Shown here piece after piece: positions 35,053 to 50,300 of a stretch of DNA of 64,000 nt. Location of the stretch: positions 13,516,001-13,580,000 of the forward strand of contig NC_043013.1 in NCBI RefSeq assembly GCF_006345805.1, in the 5' to 3' direction. How positions within the stretch are numbered: position 1 is the stretch's first letter; the number at the start of each line of letters is the position of its first letter. The DNA comes from Octopus sinensis. Lineage: Eukaryota. The notes beneath the pieces are model-generated. The model ran no database searches, had not been told where the DNA came from, and saw only the letters and a program-made list of their open reading frames with translations. A program made the position numbers and the translations under genes.

Positions 35053-37250
35053 CACACACACATTATGGCATCGAATACTAAAATCGCAGCTTACATCGAG
35101 TTCAAGCAGAACTTCACGTCTTATATACATAAGGTACTGCAAGGGATAACAATACCGACAAGAGTTTGGAAAAGCACCACTGACATGAGGTAATCTACGA
35201 GTGACGAATTTGTAAGAGAACAAGTAACTCAAATTCAAGCTCCTTGCTTTTGGACAAAAAAATATCCTGCTATATGTTGCCGCAGTAACTTTGTTTCCAC
35301 ATATGGCTGATCCAAAGAGACTGATCCAAAGGATAATGATAATCCAAAATGGATTAACTCACCGCACCCCAATAACATAATGGAGATAGAAAAAATAGAA
35401 CAGTTGGATTTTATTATGAAATCCAAAGCTAAAAATGACTTCACAAATCACTAGCTACAACAGCATGATAGATTCTCCAAATGGTATGAGAATTGTCATC
35501 GAGAAACACTCACAAGCCAACTGGTCACCCTCAAACACGATTTACGAGCAGTAAATGAACAACGCTGCTATTGTAAAAAATTGCACACAATTTTCCCGAA
35601 ACCCACAAACTCTATATCGCAGTATGATCAGTGATATTATTGTAGTGGACTTCATTTAGGCATAGAGTAGATTCGAACCTGAATCGACAAATTTCCTTTC
35701 ACATTTCAACAGCACTTTTGTCATAAAGAGACATTAAGTTGACAGCAATAAAATGAACACATGGCTTTTGCTAAGTTGAATTATGTCTTTGCCACTTGAC
35801 TCTTCTAACCTTTTGTATGCGATGGGGAGTTGAATTGAGATAACAGTCAAGCCCTCAAAGTATATCCATTGTCTTTGCAGCATAGCTATCTTTCTAACTA
35901 GTTTTGTATAGTTATAAATACTAGAATTTGCTAAGGAAATATCAGTTAGTGAACAGAGGCAACTAGAAATGGCCACCGGCAGACAGCCACTTGAGACAAA
36001 TTGCTAGGGGAAGAAAGAAAACAATATGAGACATACAACTTCCCACTACTCTCTGACATTCACTAACTCAATTTTGTTTTCTACAACATTACCCTATCTC
36101 TATCCTTTTACTACTACATAATGACGAGATCACAAACACACCTATACAAGAAGAAATTAACCCTCTTAACTTTGCATGCTTTTCCACTTATATTATTACA
36201 CACACCTGCCCGTCGAGGCATGGCATTATATTAAGTAACGGTAAATAAAAAATTTGAAGCCAACATAACTTTAATCTCTGTTCTTCTTGCATCTTCTTTT
36301 ATTTTGCACATCTACAACATCAATATCCGTTACAATCGTTAACTGCCAACAATCAACATATATCATTACACAATTACTGTGACAATTGATGACCACTGAC
36401 TTCGATTTCGCATACCGTTGCACTATCAAAGCAGCAAATTCTCTTCGCACGGAAGACCTAGAGTCATTCTGGCGGGAAATCCGGTATATAAAGAAAGAAC
36501 ACAACCATGATGCAGCAGAGCTAAACGACATACGAAGGGAGTATTGTGTAAATGCCTCTCCCAAACATCTAACATCATCAGCGAAACACTCCTGATGGTT
36601 ATTATGTAACTGCCGAAAGGAAAACCATCTGGGAGAGACCTGGTAACATGCTACAGGTACAGAAATCTCACATTCTTCAGAGAAATTCTCATGGCCTTGC
36701 TGCAAAAAAGAACGAATGCAGAGCTAGATATACCAGATTGGCTAACGTTCGCACGTAATACGACTGCCCGCAAGAACGAAGAGTCCAATGTGACCAAAAA
36801 CTATAGGCTTGAACTTTACGCAGGTTGCCTGAATAAATCTCCCCAGGACCATTATCAAACAAATGGTGTGATAACTCACGAAGTGGCAGGGGGAAAGAAA
36901 GGAGTTTGCAGCTGTACTGGACAGGTCCTCTTTAACAAAGTTGCCCTGAAAGAAGTTAAGCAGCATCGTTGGAACATCTTAACAATATGGCTAGACTGCA
37001 AGAAGGTGTTTGAATCTGTGCTCACTCATGGATGACCACAACGTGGTCTACACAGTTATCACTGACAACTATTAATGCAACACCTATTGGTACAAACAGG
37101 ATTAAGCTATCAACAGGCGCATTCCAGGGCGATATTCTATCGGTAATTTTGTCTATATTGGCAGTGAACACTTTGTCGTTCCTGTTAACAAGATGCCAAA
37201 GCTACATGGCTGGACAGACGGAGAAAATAAGGCATTTTACCACAGTGCAG
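35050..37250 (+). mobile_element. old RLE-type (R4-like) LINE remnant
   Basis: LESFWREI...EHN..A, PDWLTFAR, KNYR, IWLDCKKVFESV, GAFQGDILSVILSILAVNTLSFLL. Confidence 0.7.
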
Positions 37251-37899
37251 AAAGGAAATGAAGAATGGAGTCCTCCCACTAGTGTGTTAGGGTCCAACCG
37301 ATAAAGAATAAAGTCTAACCATTGCTAGATTTTTGGGAATTGAATGAGCACGTATAATGCTTTTAGGGCGGTGAAATTTTGCGGGACAGGGGCTGACAAC
37401 AGGAACGACTACGATCGTCGATGTTAAGTCGGTATATCTACAGCTCTGAGAAATAGTGGTGTTACTATCTGGTGAGGTACAAGAACAGAATATATTTCCT
37501 GATCCGGCTGGCATTCGGTTTCAGTGCAGAACCAAAAATCATGGCGAAGGTTCTTAGGACGATCTTGATGACCAAGGTAGCACAGGCTACGAGTTCCTAC
37601 ACATATCGCATTCTGGATAGATTAGTATGTGCAGTTGGTAGAGTAAATTGTGGGTCATTTGAGGTGGTGTGAGTTGACCGCAAACCACCGAGGCTATAGG
37701 AGGCATTGCGCTGAGGCTCAAACACGAAAGAGGTAAGGTGGGCAGACCCGTATTTTAGAGAGGAAATGGGATTTGAGATCTGAGCGAGCACATGAGTAGG
37801 TTAGAACTGCTCTCAATATGCGGAAAACTGGTAGAGCACTATCCTATAACAGGATGGCTCCAAAGGGCATGAAGCTGCATCAAGAGGCGATCTGAGGAA

Positions 37900-39240
37900 G
37901 TGAAGCAGAAAAAATGTGTTAGAAGAGAGGTGCCATGATGCAAGACGTCTTGGAGAGAGTGAAAACAGGGGATCCAGTGAAGGTCACCTCTTCGTCCCAA
38001 TATTTTGTCATCTCTTTCGGATTCAAAATTCTGAAATCAGCTTTCACTACTTAGTTCTACGTTATCTTTTCCACAAGAGCCAACCATTTACAATGATCAG
38101 CATGTCGTTATACAGCTAGCCCCTTTCATAACCATCATATGGTCATATCAATATAGTCTTCTCCCTCGAACGCATATGATTCCTCTTATGCCTAACTTTT
38201 CTCTTAAATACATTTGTACTTTGTTGTTCATATACACAGATTTTTCACATCCAATGGAGTATAGGTTTTCACATGTCCACTGCATTTAGAGCCCACATCT
38301 TATTACTATGTAGCACTGTTGTTTGTATATAGCCATCATACAATCAGTTTTTCATTCTGATAGGGAAGCATTTTGTTACCAACAGAGGCAAAAACTCCTT
38401 GAAATTTCTCCAGCCTGTTTTTATTTTAGTAGCTATAACTTCAGAACAACCGCTCCACTGATGGGTAATAGAAACTATCTTTTTTGTTTAGGGATCTTCC
38501 TGAGCATTTCAGAAAATCTATTTCCTATGCACATTTAGAATTTCTTTGCTAGTGTGCATCAACTGCATATGGAGTCTACTTTCTCTGTTAAACTGTCTGT
38601 GATACTATGGCAACTCGTGTGTTTCTATAGTTTGCACTAAGTATACCGCATGGAATTTCTAATAGTATCTCTGTATAGGGTTTGTGTGGCTGTCATAAGC
38701 TATTCTTCTGCTGCTAGCTTCTTCTTTGACCTCACCTTTTCAGAGTAAGGAACTCTGTGAAACGTTTTCTGCAGATCAATGAATGCTCTGCAGTAACTTC
38801 CTCAAAACATGGATTTTTTAATACTTATCTATAGCACAGAACCGAACTTTATCTCGTTTCGTCTTTTTCTGTAATTGCTTGAGCTGTAGTTGTTCCCATA
38901 ACTTTCGTGTCCTTGTCCTGCAATTTGATACTCCTGTGATTACCTTTCTATAGCATCTCCTTTATGCTTGTAACAATTGTTGTAATGCTGTAATGCCAGT
39001 CACTAGGTATACCACTTTCCTGTATAATCTGATTGACTATACAAGTAACTAAGCCATATCCCACAGTGCCAAGTATTTTAAACCTTATAATAGTAATTGC
39101 TAATGGGATTTCTCCTGCTTTAATATTCTTCAGGGCCCTATCTATCATATTGCTACCAGCTAGAATGACTAGTCATTCTGTTGGAAAGATCTTTCTTCCA
39201 TGTTATCTCCACATATAGTAACCTTAAATGATAGCACTTT
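37900..39240 (-). mobile_element. degraded RTE-clade LINE RT remnant
   Basis: DRALKNIKAG, IVNQIIQESGIPSDW, KGNHRSIKLQD, AFIDLQK.F-like motifs; many stops. Confidence 0.7.
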
Positions 39241-39278
39241 CAAGTTATTTTTTACCTCTCAGAATCACTTCTATCCAT

Positions 39279-39335
<57 letters not shown>

Positions 39336-39525
39336 CACACACACATACACACACACCAATATGAAAAATAACAGCCAACTATACAAAAAAAAGAAACGAT
39401 ATGTAAAAATATTCACAAAAAGCATGTAAAATGTTGTTGCTATACAAATCCAAGGACAAAATATTCAGCTGATTATTGGATAATTTCTACAAACAACATC
39501 AATAAAAAGCAAGCAAAAAGAATAC

Positions 39526-39610
39526 CATTGCATTTCCCTGATTATGTCCTGTAAACTTTATTTTACCAAATGCATCACAGGGTTTTGATGGCTCCTCATC
39601 TTTAGAATTT
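39526..39610 (-). CDS. TRPM: TRPM-like channel exon, paralog B
   Basis: AG/GT-bounded 85-nt exon (phase 2 to 0): NSKDEEPSKPCDAFGKIKFTGHNQGNAM, matching TRPM PTDAFG.I.F.G....KAM. It splices in phase to FVRV at 33942. Confidence 0.88.
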
Positions 39611-40069
39611 CTATCAAAGACAAACAGAAACCAAATGAACTGTTGAAGTAAAGTTGTGATGGGGAAGGTAGAAGAGGAAAAATGACAAAATCAAGAGATA
39701 AAGAACAACTCCAATGAATATTACCGACATAGATACATAAATCCATACACGGAAATAAATAAATAAATTTTAATTTAGTTGAATCAAATAATGATTACTT
39801 TTAAATAAACTGAAAAGGAAAAATAAGAAATATGTTGCCGTCAAAATAAATTAAGAAAATGGGTTTCACCATTCCACATCTGAGGTATGATAAGACCATA
39901 TTCAGAGAGAAAAAGATTACTCAACTGACTGGCACGAAGTCACTTACAAATACACACCAAATTCTGACCCATACTGTGCTGTGTCTTCTCTGCCTTTTCT
40001 ACCGCTACTACAAATAGCCTCTGCTGGATGGTCTCTGACCACCTTATCCAGGTATCACTGATACACACA

Positions 40070-41330
40070 TCAACACCCTATCTCAACAGGAACACCCTCT
40101 CTCCGTTCTCCTCTACTAGAAATCTCATACCTACAACCAATTCCGCATTCCATACCATCAATCGTCAAAATGACAGGACATAATACTGGCATTGTCATAA
40201 GACTGTCTCCTGCAGTATTCAAAATTTCTATTGGCTTACCCGAAAGAACGTAACACACAGTAACTGAAAGCTGAGCAACATTCTGGTGTTGGATCTACAG
40301 AAACAGGGAAATACTTGGCAGTTTTAAAATCTGCAACAATATAATTCTTGATATGTTTTGCCATCAACAGAACAATTTCTTCGTAGATGGTAGGTGATAA
40401 GTACGACTGCTTACCACTTCCAGTATTGCCAAAGGTTTTCAAGTGACCCATAAGAAATGGATCAAATTGTTCCATAATTCTCAGAAAATTTCTCAGTCAA
40501 CTATCTCTTCACTACCTCTAAATGCCAGACCTCTCTCAACTAGAAATATTGTCACAGTCACTACATGAAAGAATGCAATACTTCAGTCCAGTATTTCTTG
40601 TTTCCCTGGACTTGTTCTTCCAATACCTTGTTAACATGAGATGATCCCTGCATAAAAGATGGGGCTTGACTTTGTTCTTCTGTTTTCAGTTTCTCCTCTG
40701 CTTTTCTCATTTCAGTAAAGCCTTCCTTGTTGGAAAACCTGTCATGTTGACCTTGCAGGAAAGTGCAGTAAAAACAATAAACCTTACCCTCTGATGAGCT
40801 GTACAGGGGTCACATCTTTAAAAAAACTGCTCACCATTGTCATGAATGGTATAAAACATTAAATTTTTTAAACAACGATAGTGCCCAGCCAGTTTGCCTT
40901 CACTTGGTTTATAATGGTGTCGAGATACTGGGAAGGTGTCGGAGGCATTTTTATTTTAACATATGGATGATTTTGCCTGAAAGAACATGGACAAATACTT
41001 TTCTCTGACAGAAAATCATATGATTGTGTCTGGATCCCATGATGCTACTTTGCTATTCATGACAGTAGGACATGAGGATTCTTCACCTTGAATGTTTTGA
41101 TGTAATACGTTCTTCCTCTTTTCTGCAGATCTACTTAGGAATGCAGCTGGTTCTTCAAAAGGAACGTCTGATACTGTTTCTACATTATTAGCCTCTAGGC
41201 TTTCTTTTTTCAAAGAAAATAACAATTCTACACAGTGTTGTGTCTTTTCTAATACAGCAGCATGTTTTCATTTTGTTCTTTGTAAATTTTACTCGTCTGA
41301 GATCCAGTCAATTGAATTTTCTGTGGCATT
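40070..41330 (-). mobile_element. hAT transposase remnant (ZMYM1-like, TTF zinc finger)
   Basis: YSSSEGKVYCFYC, FDPFLMGHLK.FGN.GSGK.SYLSPTIYEEI, AKYF.VSVD, QSYDNASIMS. Confidence 0.8.
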
Positions 41331-41879
41331 CTTAGATATTTTGTGTGTGAGTATAATATATATTCTGAATAGAAGCAAAAGAAAATAATTTTAAAAAATG
41401 AATAAATAATGTTGGAACTGATAGCAGCAATGTAGACATACTTCATTTAATCCTGCTGCAGGTATATTAAGCCAGTCACTTTATGCATATGTGTTACTCC
41501 TATGTCTTTTGCAGATAAATAGAGCAGCTGCCAAAGTTAATAAAAATTGAATAGAAAAATGTTCAAGGATTACAGATTAATGATTTCGTTTCCATAAAAT
41601 TACTTTTCTTCAAAATTATGCTTCACTTCCAGGAAAATGAAAAGGTGCCAGAATGACAGGTATAAGCCACTATCATCTCGGAAATTTTTGCAAAAAGTGG
41701 AAATAGTATCGTAATCAACATTAGACGAATTATATTTCTTTTTAAAAACAAAACGAGAATAACATTAACAGCAAATTGTAGTACATCAAAAAAGTTAAAG
41801 ACAGAAACATTTTTCGATATTCAGGTTAAATTTTTTTTGTAGATTCCCCATTACTGTTGGATTTATTTTAATGAAACCA

Positions 41880-42560
41880 CTGGCGGTGGAATATGAGCTA
41901 TGACAACAGATGACTTGCGAACACTTGAAAGAAACGAAGCTAGAATGCTCCGCTGGATGTCAGAGTGTATATGATTTAAGAGGAAAACTATATGATTTAA
42001 GAGGCATCAGATGTTGTGTGCAAGAGAAGAGACTGCGCTGGTTTGATCATGTGTTGCGTGTGGATGAGGACGGTTGCATAAAGAAGAGCTGATCCCTAAT
42101 TGTGGAGAGAACTTGTGGATGGAATACGCGGGGGAAGATGCGATGGGACGAAATGGTGAGAAAGTATCTTCAGACACTGGGCTACACTGAGGAAATATCA
42201 AGGGACCGGGAGTTGTGATGATCTGCTGTACTTGAAAAGACGTACCACGCTAAGTAATATCCCGGTCATCCATATACACAGGCATGTGATTTACAGGTTC
42301 TAGTGCCATGTAAAATGAACCCGTGCCGGTGGCACGTAAAGTGCACCCAGCACACTCTGCAAAGTGGTTGGCGTTAGGGAAGGCATCCAGCCCTAGAAAC
42401 CATGTAAAAACAGACAATTGGAGTCTGGAGAGCTTCTTGGATGGCCAGCTCCTGTCACACCGTCAAACCCGTAGCAGCAAGGTGGATGGACGTTAAATAG
42501 TGATGATGATGATGGTGATGATGATGATGATGATGATGATGAGGAGGAGGAGGAGGAGGA
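41880..42560 (+). mobile_element. RTE-clade LINE 3' fragment with (GAT)n/(GAG)n tail
   Basis: LERNEARMLRWMS, LRWFDHVLRVDED, RGKMRWDEMV; 3' UTR ctctgcaaagtggttggcgttagggaaggcatccagcc. Confidence 0.8.
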
Positions 42561-43100
42561 GGAGGAGGAAGGAGGAGGAGGATGTTTCTCTTACATGCCT
42601 CTACATCAAAATTAAATCTTCACAGCAACACATTTTCATTGCAAAATATATCTTTCTCCAATAAAATGTCTTTTGCTTCAATGTTTGCCATCTTTTTCAT
42701 TTCCAATTGGCTAAATACACTGACTTTCTTTTAAATTTTCCATATATTTTCTTTCTATGATTTACATTTGCTGCGGAACACAAAGACCAGGATTTCTCAT
42801 ATTTTGGATTTCATGTTTTAATTACTGCTTTCGCCCTAACATCTTGGGAAAGAGGGGAAACTGGCATTTATAGAATTTTTAAGTAACAATAAAGCTAGAC
42901 ATTTTGATTTTCATCTCAAACTTCCAAAATGCATGTTCGATTTAACCTTTTGAGACTTCTTCATATTTAATATTATATAAGAAAACACTTCTAACAATAT
43001 ACGTTGTCGTGGTTATAACTCATCATCTATGATGAACTCATTTCAGTTTCTTCACATAAAATTAGATCAAGTCCCCAGCCAGAAAAGTAAAATTTCAAAA

Positions 43101-43145
<45 letters not shown>

Positions 43146-45614
43146 CTCTCCATAAATATAATTAGGATCATTATTAGCAGATGCTGTGGATTTCCCACTG
43201 AGTTCACAAACCAGTTTTAACTTTTGCTTAATTCACTTTAATTTGTTCTTTATATAAAAGAGAAACAAATCGGCATCACAAAACCTAACCTCTTTCACTC
43301 ATAAACATGTGTGTGATTGTTAAAATTATTTATGCCTTTGCTGTATTAAGAGTAATGATTGAACAGAAATGATATACTGTTATATCAAACACCAATTAAA
43401 TTTAACTTTTTTTAGTCTTCTGTTGATCTCCATTTTTATGCTTTTCATAAATAATACCGGTGATCTAAGGGAGTAGGATTTGGAAATGTAACAATTTAAT
43501 ATATTCCCAAATTATTATGAGAAAACCCCTGAGATTTTATTTCTCAGCTTCTATCTCTTCACTTCTTTTCTTAAGTGCTAAGCGTTTAAGAAAAAAAAGA
43601 AAGAAAACGGAAATAAGAAAATCGACTGTATATAATTCCTAAATGTTTTAAAATGAACATAGTCCAACTGGCCTCATGATACTAAGTTATGATGTATTGG
43701 GATGCTCAAAGAAAAGCGAAATAACGTTATTTCCAGCTACTAGGACACTTAAAAATGAGGTGGAAAATTGAATTATATAGAAATATTATTTTATGTTCTC
43801 TCCCTCGTAAGAAAAAATCTTGTAATAATAAAAAATATAAGCCCTGCGTGGTTCTTTCTCTTTAAAGGAAAACCTCACCCTCCCTTCTATTTCTAGGTAA
43901 CTCACTTACTTTCTCTCTCTCTCTCTCTCTTACTCAAAATCATCTGTAGGTAGCAGCAACAACAGTTACCTGTCACATTTCCCACGTGTGATTCGAACGA
44001 TGAATGCTACACACAAGACAAAAGGAAAGGTACCATGGCGAGATGAAACATATTGGAAATTAATTCTAAGTCATCCTCACGTGATAAGCAGCGTGGAAAT
44101 ACGACAAGAGATCCCACGTTTGCACCCGAGAGAAACACAGAGCGGTGTGCATGTAGTTTGTAAAGGAAATGGTAGTCAAGTCTGTATGAAGAACAATCTA
44201 ACAAGGCGAATAAGCACTGGAGGGGGAAAATTAACAAGAGAAATAAAACAATATCTTTGAAAAACTACTGGAATGAAATCCTAAACATGTAAGAGACTTT
44301 CCCTCATTCTATCACTGTCTCTCGCCTTCTGCATCTCTAATCCACTGCTAAAAGTAAAGAAAATAGAAAACCTTACTCTCTCCCTATTTCTTAGTAAACT
44401 TTCTTTCTCATCTTCTCTTATTCCGAAAGCAACTGTAGGTGGCAGCACCAACAGTCGCCAGTCAAATTTCACATAAGAAAAAATGACTTATATGGAAATC
44501 AACAATTAAGAGATTCTTTTAGTTACCTCTCCCGCCCATTGCTTTTGGATGTCCACATCTCTAAGCGATGTTTTTGTATACTAATTACTGGAAAAATCTC
44601 AACTGATAAAAATGTTTCAATTTACATTACCATAACTGAAATCCTAATATATGTGTACTTATACATTGTAAAATTTAGGGGCATATTTCTTGAATTACCT
44701 TAGTTTAATGTTTTCCTCTATCCATTTCTTATCAGATTTCTGAAAATAAAAGAAAATAATATGAATGTTTGCAGGAATGATGAGATTTCAGCATCTGGCA
44801 TTAATAACACAGAGTTTCAAATTCTATAACAAATTATACAGAGATGACATAACTGAACAGAAATACTATAATAAATAAGTATAACTACAATTATCTGGAA
44901 GAGATAATCCAATCCATATTAACACAAGTACACATGAATTTGTTTTTTACTGATTTATAGTTTTTAGCATGGTACACTGGTTTTGACATGGGATTGGAAT
45001 GAATCAAATCTTCCGGATAGAAACAGAGCCACAAGATGATAAGAGAATTTTATTTCACCAATTTAAACATCTGTCAGGCTGAGAAAGTTATACAATACAC
45101 CTAATGCATATTTAAAAAATAGAGACTAAAATGAAAGGAAGGAAAGAACAGATGCTAAAGATAAATGATCTTGTTGTTTAATATATTTAATATTTTTGTA
45201 GCCTCCATCAATTGAAAGATCTATTCATTGGTGAAACCTTCAAGATAAATTCCGCCGCCAACGTTGGTATCCTATTAAAAACAAATTTCCAAAAGCACGC
45301 AGTAGTATGTTTCTTATCGCACTCACAGTTGCTTATCGCACTCACAGTTGCACTGCCCTTCAGGATTGTTAGAGAAGTCGTAGGATGTGGTTGTGCTGTG
45401 CAAGTTTAAATACTGAAGTAAAAGGTAAATGATTTTCCTAGTCAAACACTTTTTAAACTTATAATAAATATTCATTGAGCAAGCTGTTGATATGCATATG
45501 AAGCATTTTATATTAATTTTATTTTTCTACTGAATGATATAAACACTTCTGCTAATGATAAACTTATGAACGAATTTTCTGTTTAGCTGCTTATTGTTTG
45601 TCGTCTTCTTTAAA

Positions 45615-47358
45615 ATGCCTCGCACTTGTGTGAATAAGGCAGACAACTTCTGCAACATTTGTGGTGAGGTGACCTTTGCATCGCAGAAGCGCCGTATTAC
45701 TGCTCTGGTTAGAAAGGTATATCACCTATGTTTTGGATGCAAGATTGGCGACCAGGATAAGAAGTGGGCTCCTCACATGTGTTGCAACACTTGTGCTACT
45801 AGCCTTCACCAATGGTTGAACAGGAAAAGGAAAGGAATATCTTTTATTGTACGAATTACGTGGCGGGAGCCAACAGACAATACAGGCAATTGTTATTTCT
45901 GCATGGTACTTCCAGTGAAAAAGGGCTTTTCAAAAAAGAGTCCCATGAATATCGAAATATTCCATTAGGTATGCGCCAGGTTCCACGTGGAAAATGTCTA
46001 TCTGTTCCTGATGCACCAACTTCCATATTCTTCGAGTCAGATGAAGAAGGGGGTGAAGAGGAAGCAGAAGGGGATAACAGTGCTGGATTGCAGAATGACC
46101 AAAATTTTGATGAAACACACTCCTCTAGATCACAACGGGATTTCCATGGCCTTGACAAGGATCTATGACTACCTGAGAATAGGGCAGAGCTGCTAGGCTC
46201 TCGTCTTCAACAGTGAAATCTCCGAATAGCTGATGTAAACTTTCAAAATTTCATGACCGTCAGCAACAGTTCAGCAATTTTTTCATAATGGAAGGTGATT
46301 TATTGGCCTGCAAAAATATTAATGGTCTGATGGAAGCACTTGATATTAAATACGAACCCAGTCACTGGAGGCTGTTCATAGATTCATGAAAAATTTGCCT
46401 GAAAGCTCTCTTGTTGCATAATAGCAATAGTGAACCTTCAGTTCATGTGGGCTATGAATCATATATGAAAAAAAAAACATAAGAGAATATAAAACTTATG
46501 CTGCAATGCATAAAATATAGTGAACATCAATGGCAGCTCTGTGATGACTTAAAGGTTGTTGCTTTTGTGATGGGCTCTCAGGACGGATACACCAAGTTCT
46601 GTTACTTTCTGTGTGAATGGGATAGCTGCGCAAGAGGTTCGCACTGTATCAGGAGAGACTGGTCACCTCGTCAAACGTTGAAACTTGGGATGAAAAATGT
46701 TCAGCTTCCACCTCTCACTGAGCCAAGCAAAATTTTTCTCCCATCACTACACATAAAAGTGGGGCTCATGAAAAAATTTGTAAAAGCTATGGACAAATCT
46801 GGTCAAGGATTCAAGTATTTAACATCAGAATTCCCACCCTCACTGAGCAATGCTATGATAAAAGAGGGAGTCTTCATTGGTCCTCAGTGCTGAGAGCTTC
46901 TTAAAGAACTAATGGAAAACCTCGCCAAGGCTTACAAGAATATGAGATGTAACATGTCATGTTAAATCCGCGTTTGGAGACACATTTGGACGTTTTTCTA
47001 GCGGGCTGTGGGGCAGTTAGTGACGAACATCGTTGACGGTTTTACCAAGATATTTCAACTATGGAAACAGCGGTACCAGTGCAAATGGAGGAAAACGATG
47101 CTTGCTGGACATTATTCTTCAGCCCTCCATAAGCGTCAAGCAAAAAGGCAGGGAGTAGATACGGACTAGAGCATTAAACATAATGACAAAAACTGTACGT
47201 TATAATAAAATAATCAAATATTATATGTCATGTGTCTTTCAACCTATAGCTAATAAGCATTTTTCAAGGTGATATTTGGATTCAGGACATGAAAATACAT
47301 AAGAATTAACTAATCTCACTTAAGAAGCACACGACTTTTCAAAAGATGTCGACCAGTG
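45615..47358 (+). mobile_element. Chapaev3-like (CMC) DNA transposon, degraded transposase and 3' terminus
   Basis: MPRTCVNKADNFCNICGE, CKIGDQDKKWAPHMCC, WREPTD...CYFC, WQLCDDLKV, GYTKFCYFLCEWD, LPSLHIKVGLMKKFVKA, KEGVFIGPQ; ends ...cagtg at 47358. The family name comes from motif memory. Confidence 0.7.
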
Positions 47359-50300
47359 TTAATAGCTCTCTCGTGTGTGTGTGTGCGTGTGTGTGTGTAT
47401 GTTTGTGTGTATGTGTTAGGCTTATCTCAGGATCTTGAACTTCAGAGAGGTGATTAAGAGCTTGGACCACATGGAAGAAATTATAGAGAACCAGTATGAC
47501 TGGTGATGTGTAGTTCTCTAAAAGACATACCACCTCAGTGGAACGGTGCTCTTGTAAAGTTGTGTATGTATATTTATGTTTAACTCGGCCTTTCACCCAA
47601 TTTCAATTCTTTTCAAGGCACCCACCATCTCCATCAACTCCCTAACACCAGTTCTTACTTGATATCACTTTTCTTTCTATCCAGAATAAATTCACTATTT
47701 ATCCATCCTTCATCATTTAATATTGTTCTTTCCACCCACACTTTCATTCATCACTCCCACCCACCCCACTATGCCATCAAATTATCTCGCCGCCGCCGCC
47801 ACCACTATACCTGTCACCCTCTCCTTTCTCTTCGCCGCTCATTCCTCAGCCTACTCAACAGCATGTCATCTCTCTTGTCTCTTTTACTGTGCCATCTTTG
47901 TTTTTCCTGTTGTTCTGTATTATAAGATATCTCCTGCTCCCCACGCATTTCTACCAATCTTTTAGCTTCAATGTCCTTTTTGGCACCTCGTAACCCCTAT
48001 CGTCCATCATTTTCCTTCTCCACTCGTTCATCTCTCTCCTGTGTAACAACGAACTTGTTCTGCTCAAACCTTTTTCGCTCATACTTTACTGCTTTCTACT
48101 CCTAATTCTGCATAAAATTATCCTACCTCGGGATGCATAGTCGTTCGAGCTACATGATGACTTTTCTAGTGTCCCGCCGTACTAAAATGAAGACTACTAC
48201 ACTGGCCATAATAATACAAAAAAATAGAAGGCGTCTCTAAATATATGGAATATAGTTTCTGGAACTACCAGTAAGAGATAAAGTAGACAACTCTACTTAT
48301 TGGAAAAATAGTAGCTGGCTCTACCAGAATGAAGAATAATAGTTTGGCCCCCCAGTATAAAAGATTGCACCAATGTGAGAAAATATATAAAAATATTCAT
48401 AAAAATGATATTCAGTATTCTTTTTATACATATCCATTGATGAAAATTTCAACAAACCATTCATCACAGTCCAGGCAAATAAAACAAAAGAAAAGTATTT
48501 TAAAATTTAAAAAGACTTACTTTACTTTTGTTGGTAAAACCGTCTACGGCAGGTTTGTTTGAGAGTCTGCAAATTGAATAAATGAGAAAATTCCAGATTA
48601 GTAAAGTGAATTTGTCATGATGAGTCTAGAATCGAATGATTCACTCTTTATCTTTTAACTGAGAATGGGGAATATAAGTGATATGGAAGGATTCTGACCA
48701 CCTCAAGTGACTAAAAGTGCACTGACACATTTCTTTAAAATCAACAACTGTCGAGTTGACAGCAGCAATTGACTGTGAGCAGTTTATAGAGGGGAATTAG
48801 CCTCCTGCAGCAGTAATAGCAGTGTGTCGCGTAAATACTTTCTCCCCTCTACACAAATTCGTTAAATTTTCTTTATCCAGCACCAGGATTTAAAAGTGGT
48901 GACGAGATATTCGAAGCTTGGGTTAAAATGTTTCGGTATGGAACCAGAGAAAAAAATCGTTAATATGGAGGACTTATTGACCTGGGTGGTGCAGTTGCAC
49001 CAGCAACAACAGCTGCAACAGCGATTACAACAGCAACAACAAAACCAGCATTTGCTGGAGTTAATATGGAAGCAGTCTGAAAATACTTCAGGTTTATACT
49101 CGCCAGACAGTGTAGCAAACGCCATTGGAGAGTTCAGTTATAATCCAGAAAAAAGGAACTACGTTCTCTGCATGTTTTTGAAGATACGTAGAAAGTTTCA
49201 AAGAAGAATGTAAAAGTTGTTCTGACGAGAAAAAAGTACGACTACTTTTAAGAAAGTTATTGCCTGCCAAACATGAAAATTATAGTAACTATATAATGCC
49301 CAAGAAACCAAGTGAGATTTGTTTCGATGAAACAATTATTTATCGAAACTTATCAGTGAAACAAGTTCCCTGTTCAATACTCGCTGGCAGTGTTTAAATT
49401 TGATAAAAAAAAAAAATGAAGCCTTCGTCACCTATACTCTGAAGTTAGGCAAGTGCTCTACATCAGATAGAGCAGCAGCAGAACTGCTCTTTAATCTAAT
49501 GGATGAATACTTCCTGACTCAGCTAGTGCTCGAACCAACGAGACATAATAAAACGATTTTGGATCTGGTATTGACCAATCACTCTAGCTTCGTTCACAGT
49601 ATTTCAGTTGAAAAAACTCTCCTCTCAGACCACGACATGGTACTCTGCAATTTCAATTCCCGACATATAAAAACCAAACCAGCCAATCCCACTCCATGGC
49701 ACTCATTTGATAATATAAACTTCCACAAAGCGGACTGAGGAGCAATCAGAAAGGATCTGTCTTTCATCGACTGGTCTTTTACTCTCAATTCCACCCATAT
49801 TGAGACCGCATGGCAGCACTTTGAAAACATTGTCACATATACATGCTCTAAACACGCTCCCACGAAATCTACTAACACAAACAGAAATCGCCTCCCTAAA
49901 AAGAAAAAAAACACTCATCAGGCGCATCAAAAGACTCAACAAGAAAATCAACCAATTAAAATATTCCCACATACAACATTCACATTCAACAACAATGAAA
50001 AGGCTGGAGCTGGAAAAACTTCATCTGCAGAACGACATGAAAACCTCCATTGAAAATCAAAGAGCTTCGGAGGAACAGTGGGTAATCAAAAACATCAAAC
50101 AGAACCCAAAAGTGTTCTATTCCTATGCAAATAAGCATAGAACCACTGTCTCACCCATTGGGCCATTGATTGATGATAACGGCATCCCCCAACACGATGC
50201 TAAAGAAATGGCAGAAATACTGCAGAAACAATACTGCTCTGTCTTTAGTGTTCCCACTGATATTGACGTTAGAGAAGCGAACGAAGTTGACTCTCAACAT

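Noticed and set aside
43940-44470. Short imperfect direct repeat ctgtaggt.gcagca.caacagt at ~43943 and ~44433
   Set aside because: Too short and diverged to define an element; no TSD or coding support.
48896-49213. PolyQ protein as a host transcription-factor gene
   Set aside because: It is the frameshifted gag N-terminus of the Gypsy remnant, duplicated at 21013-21330.
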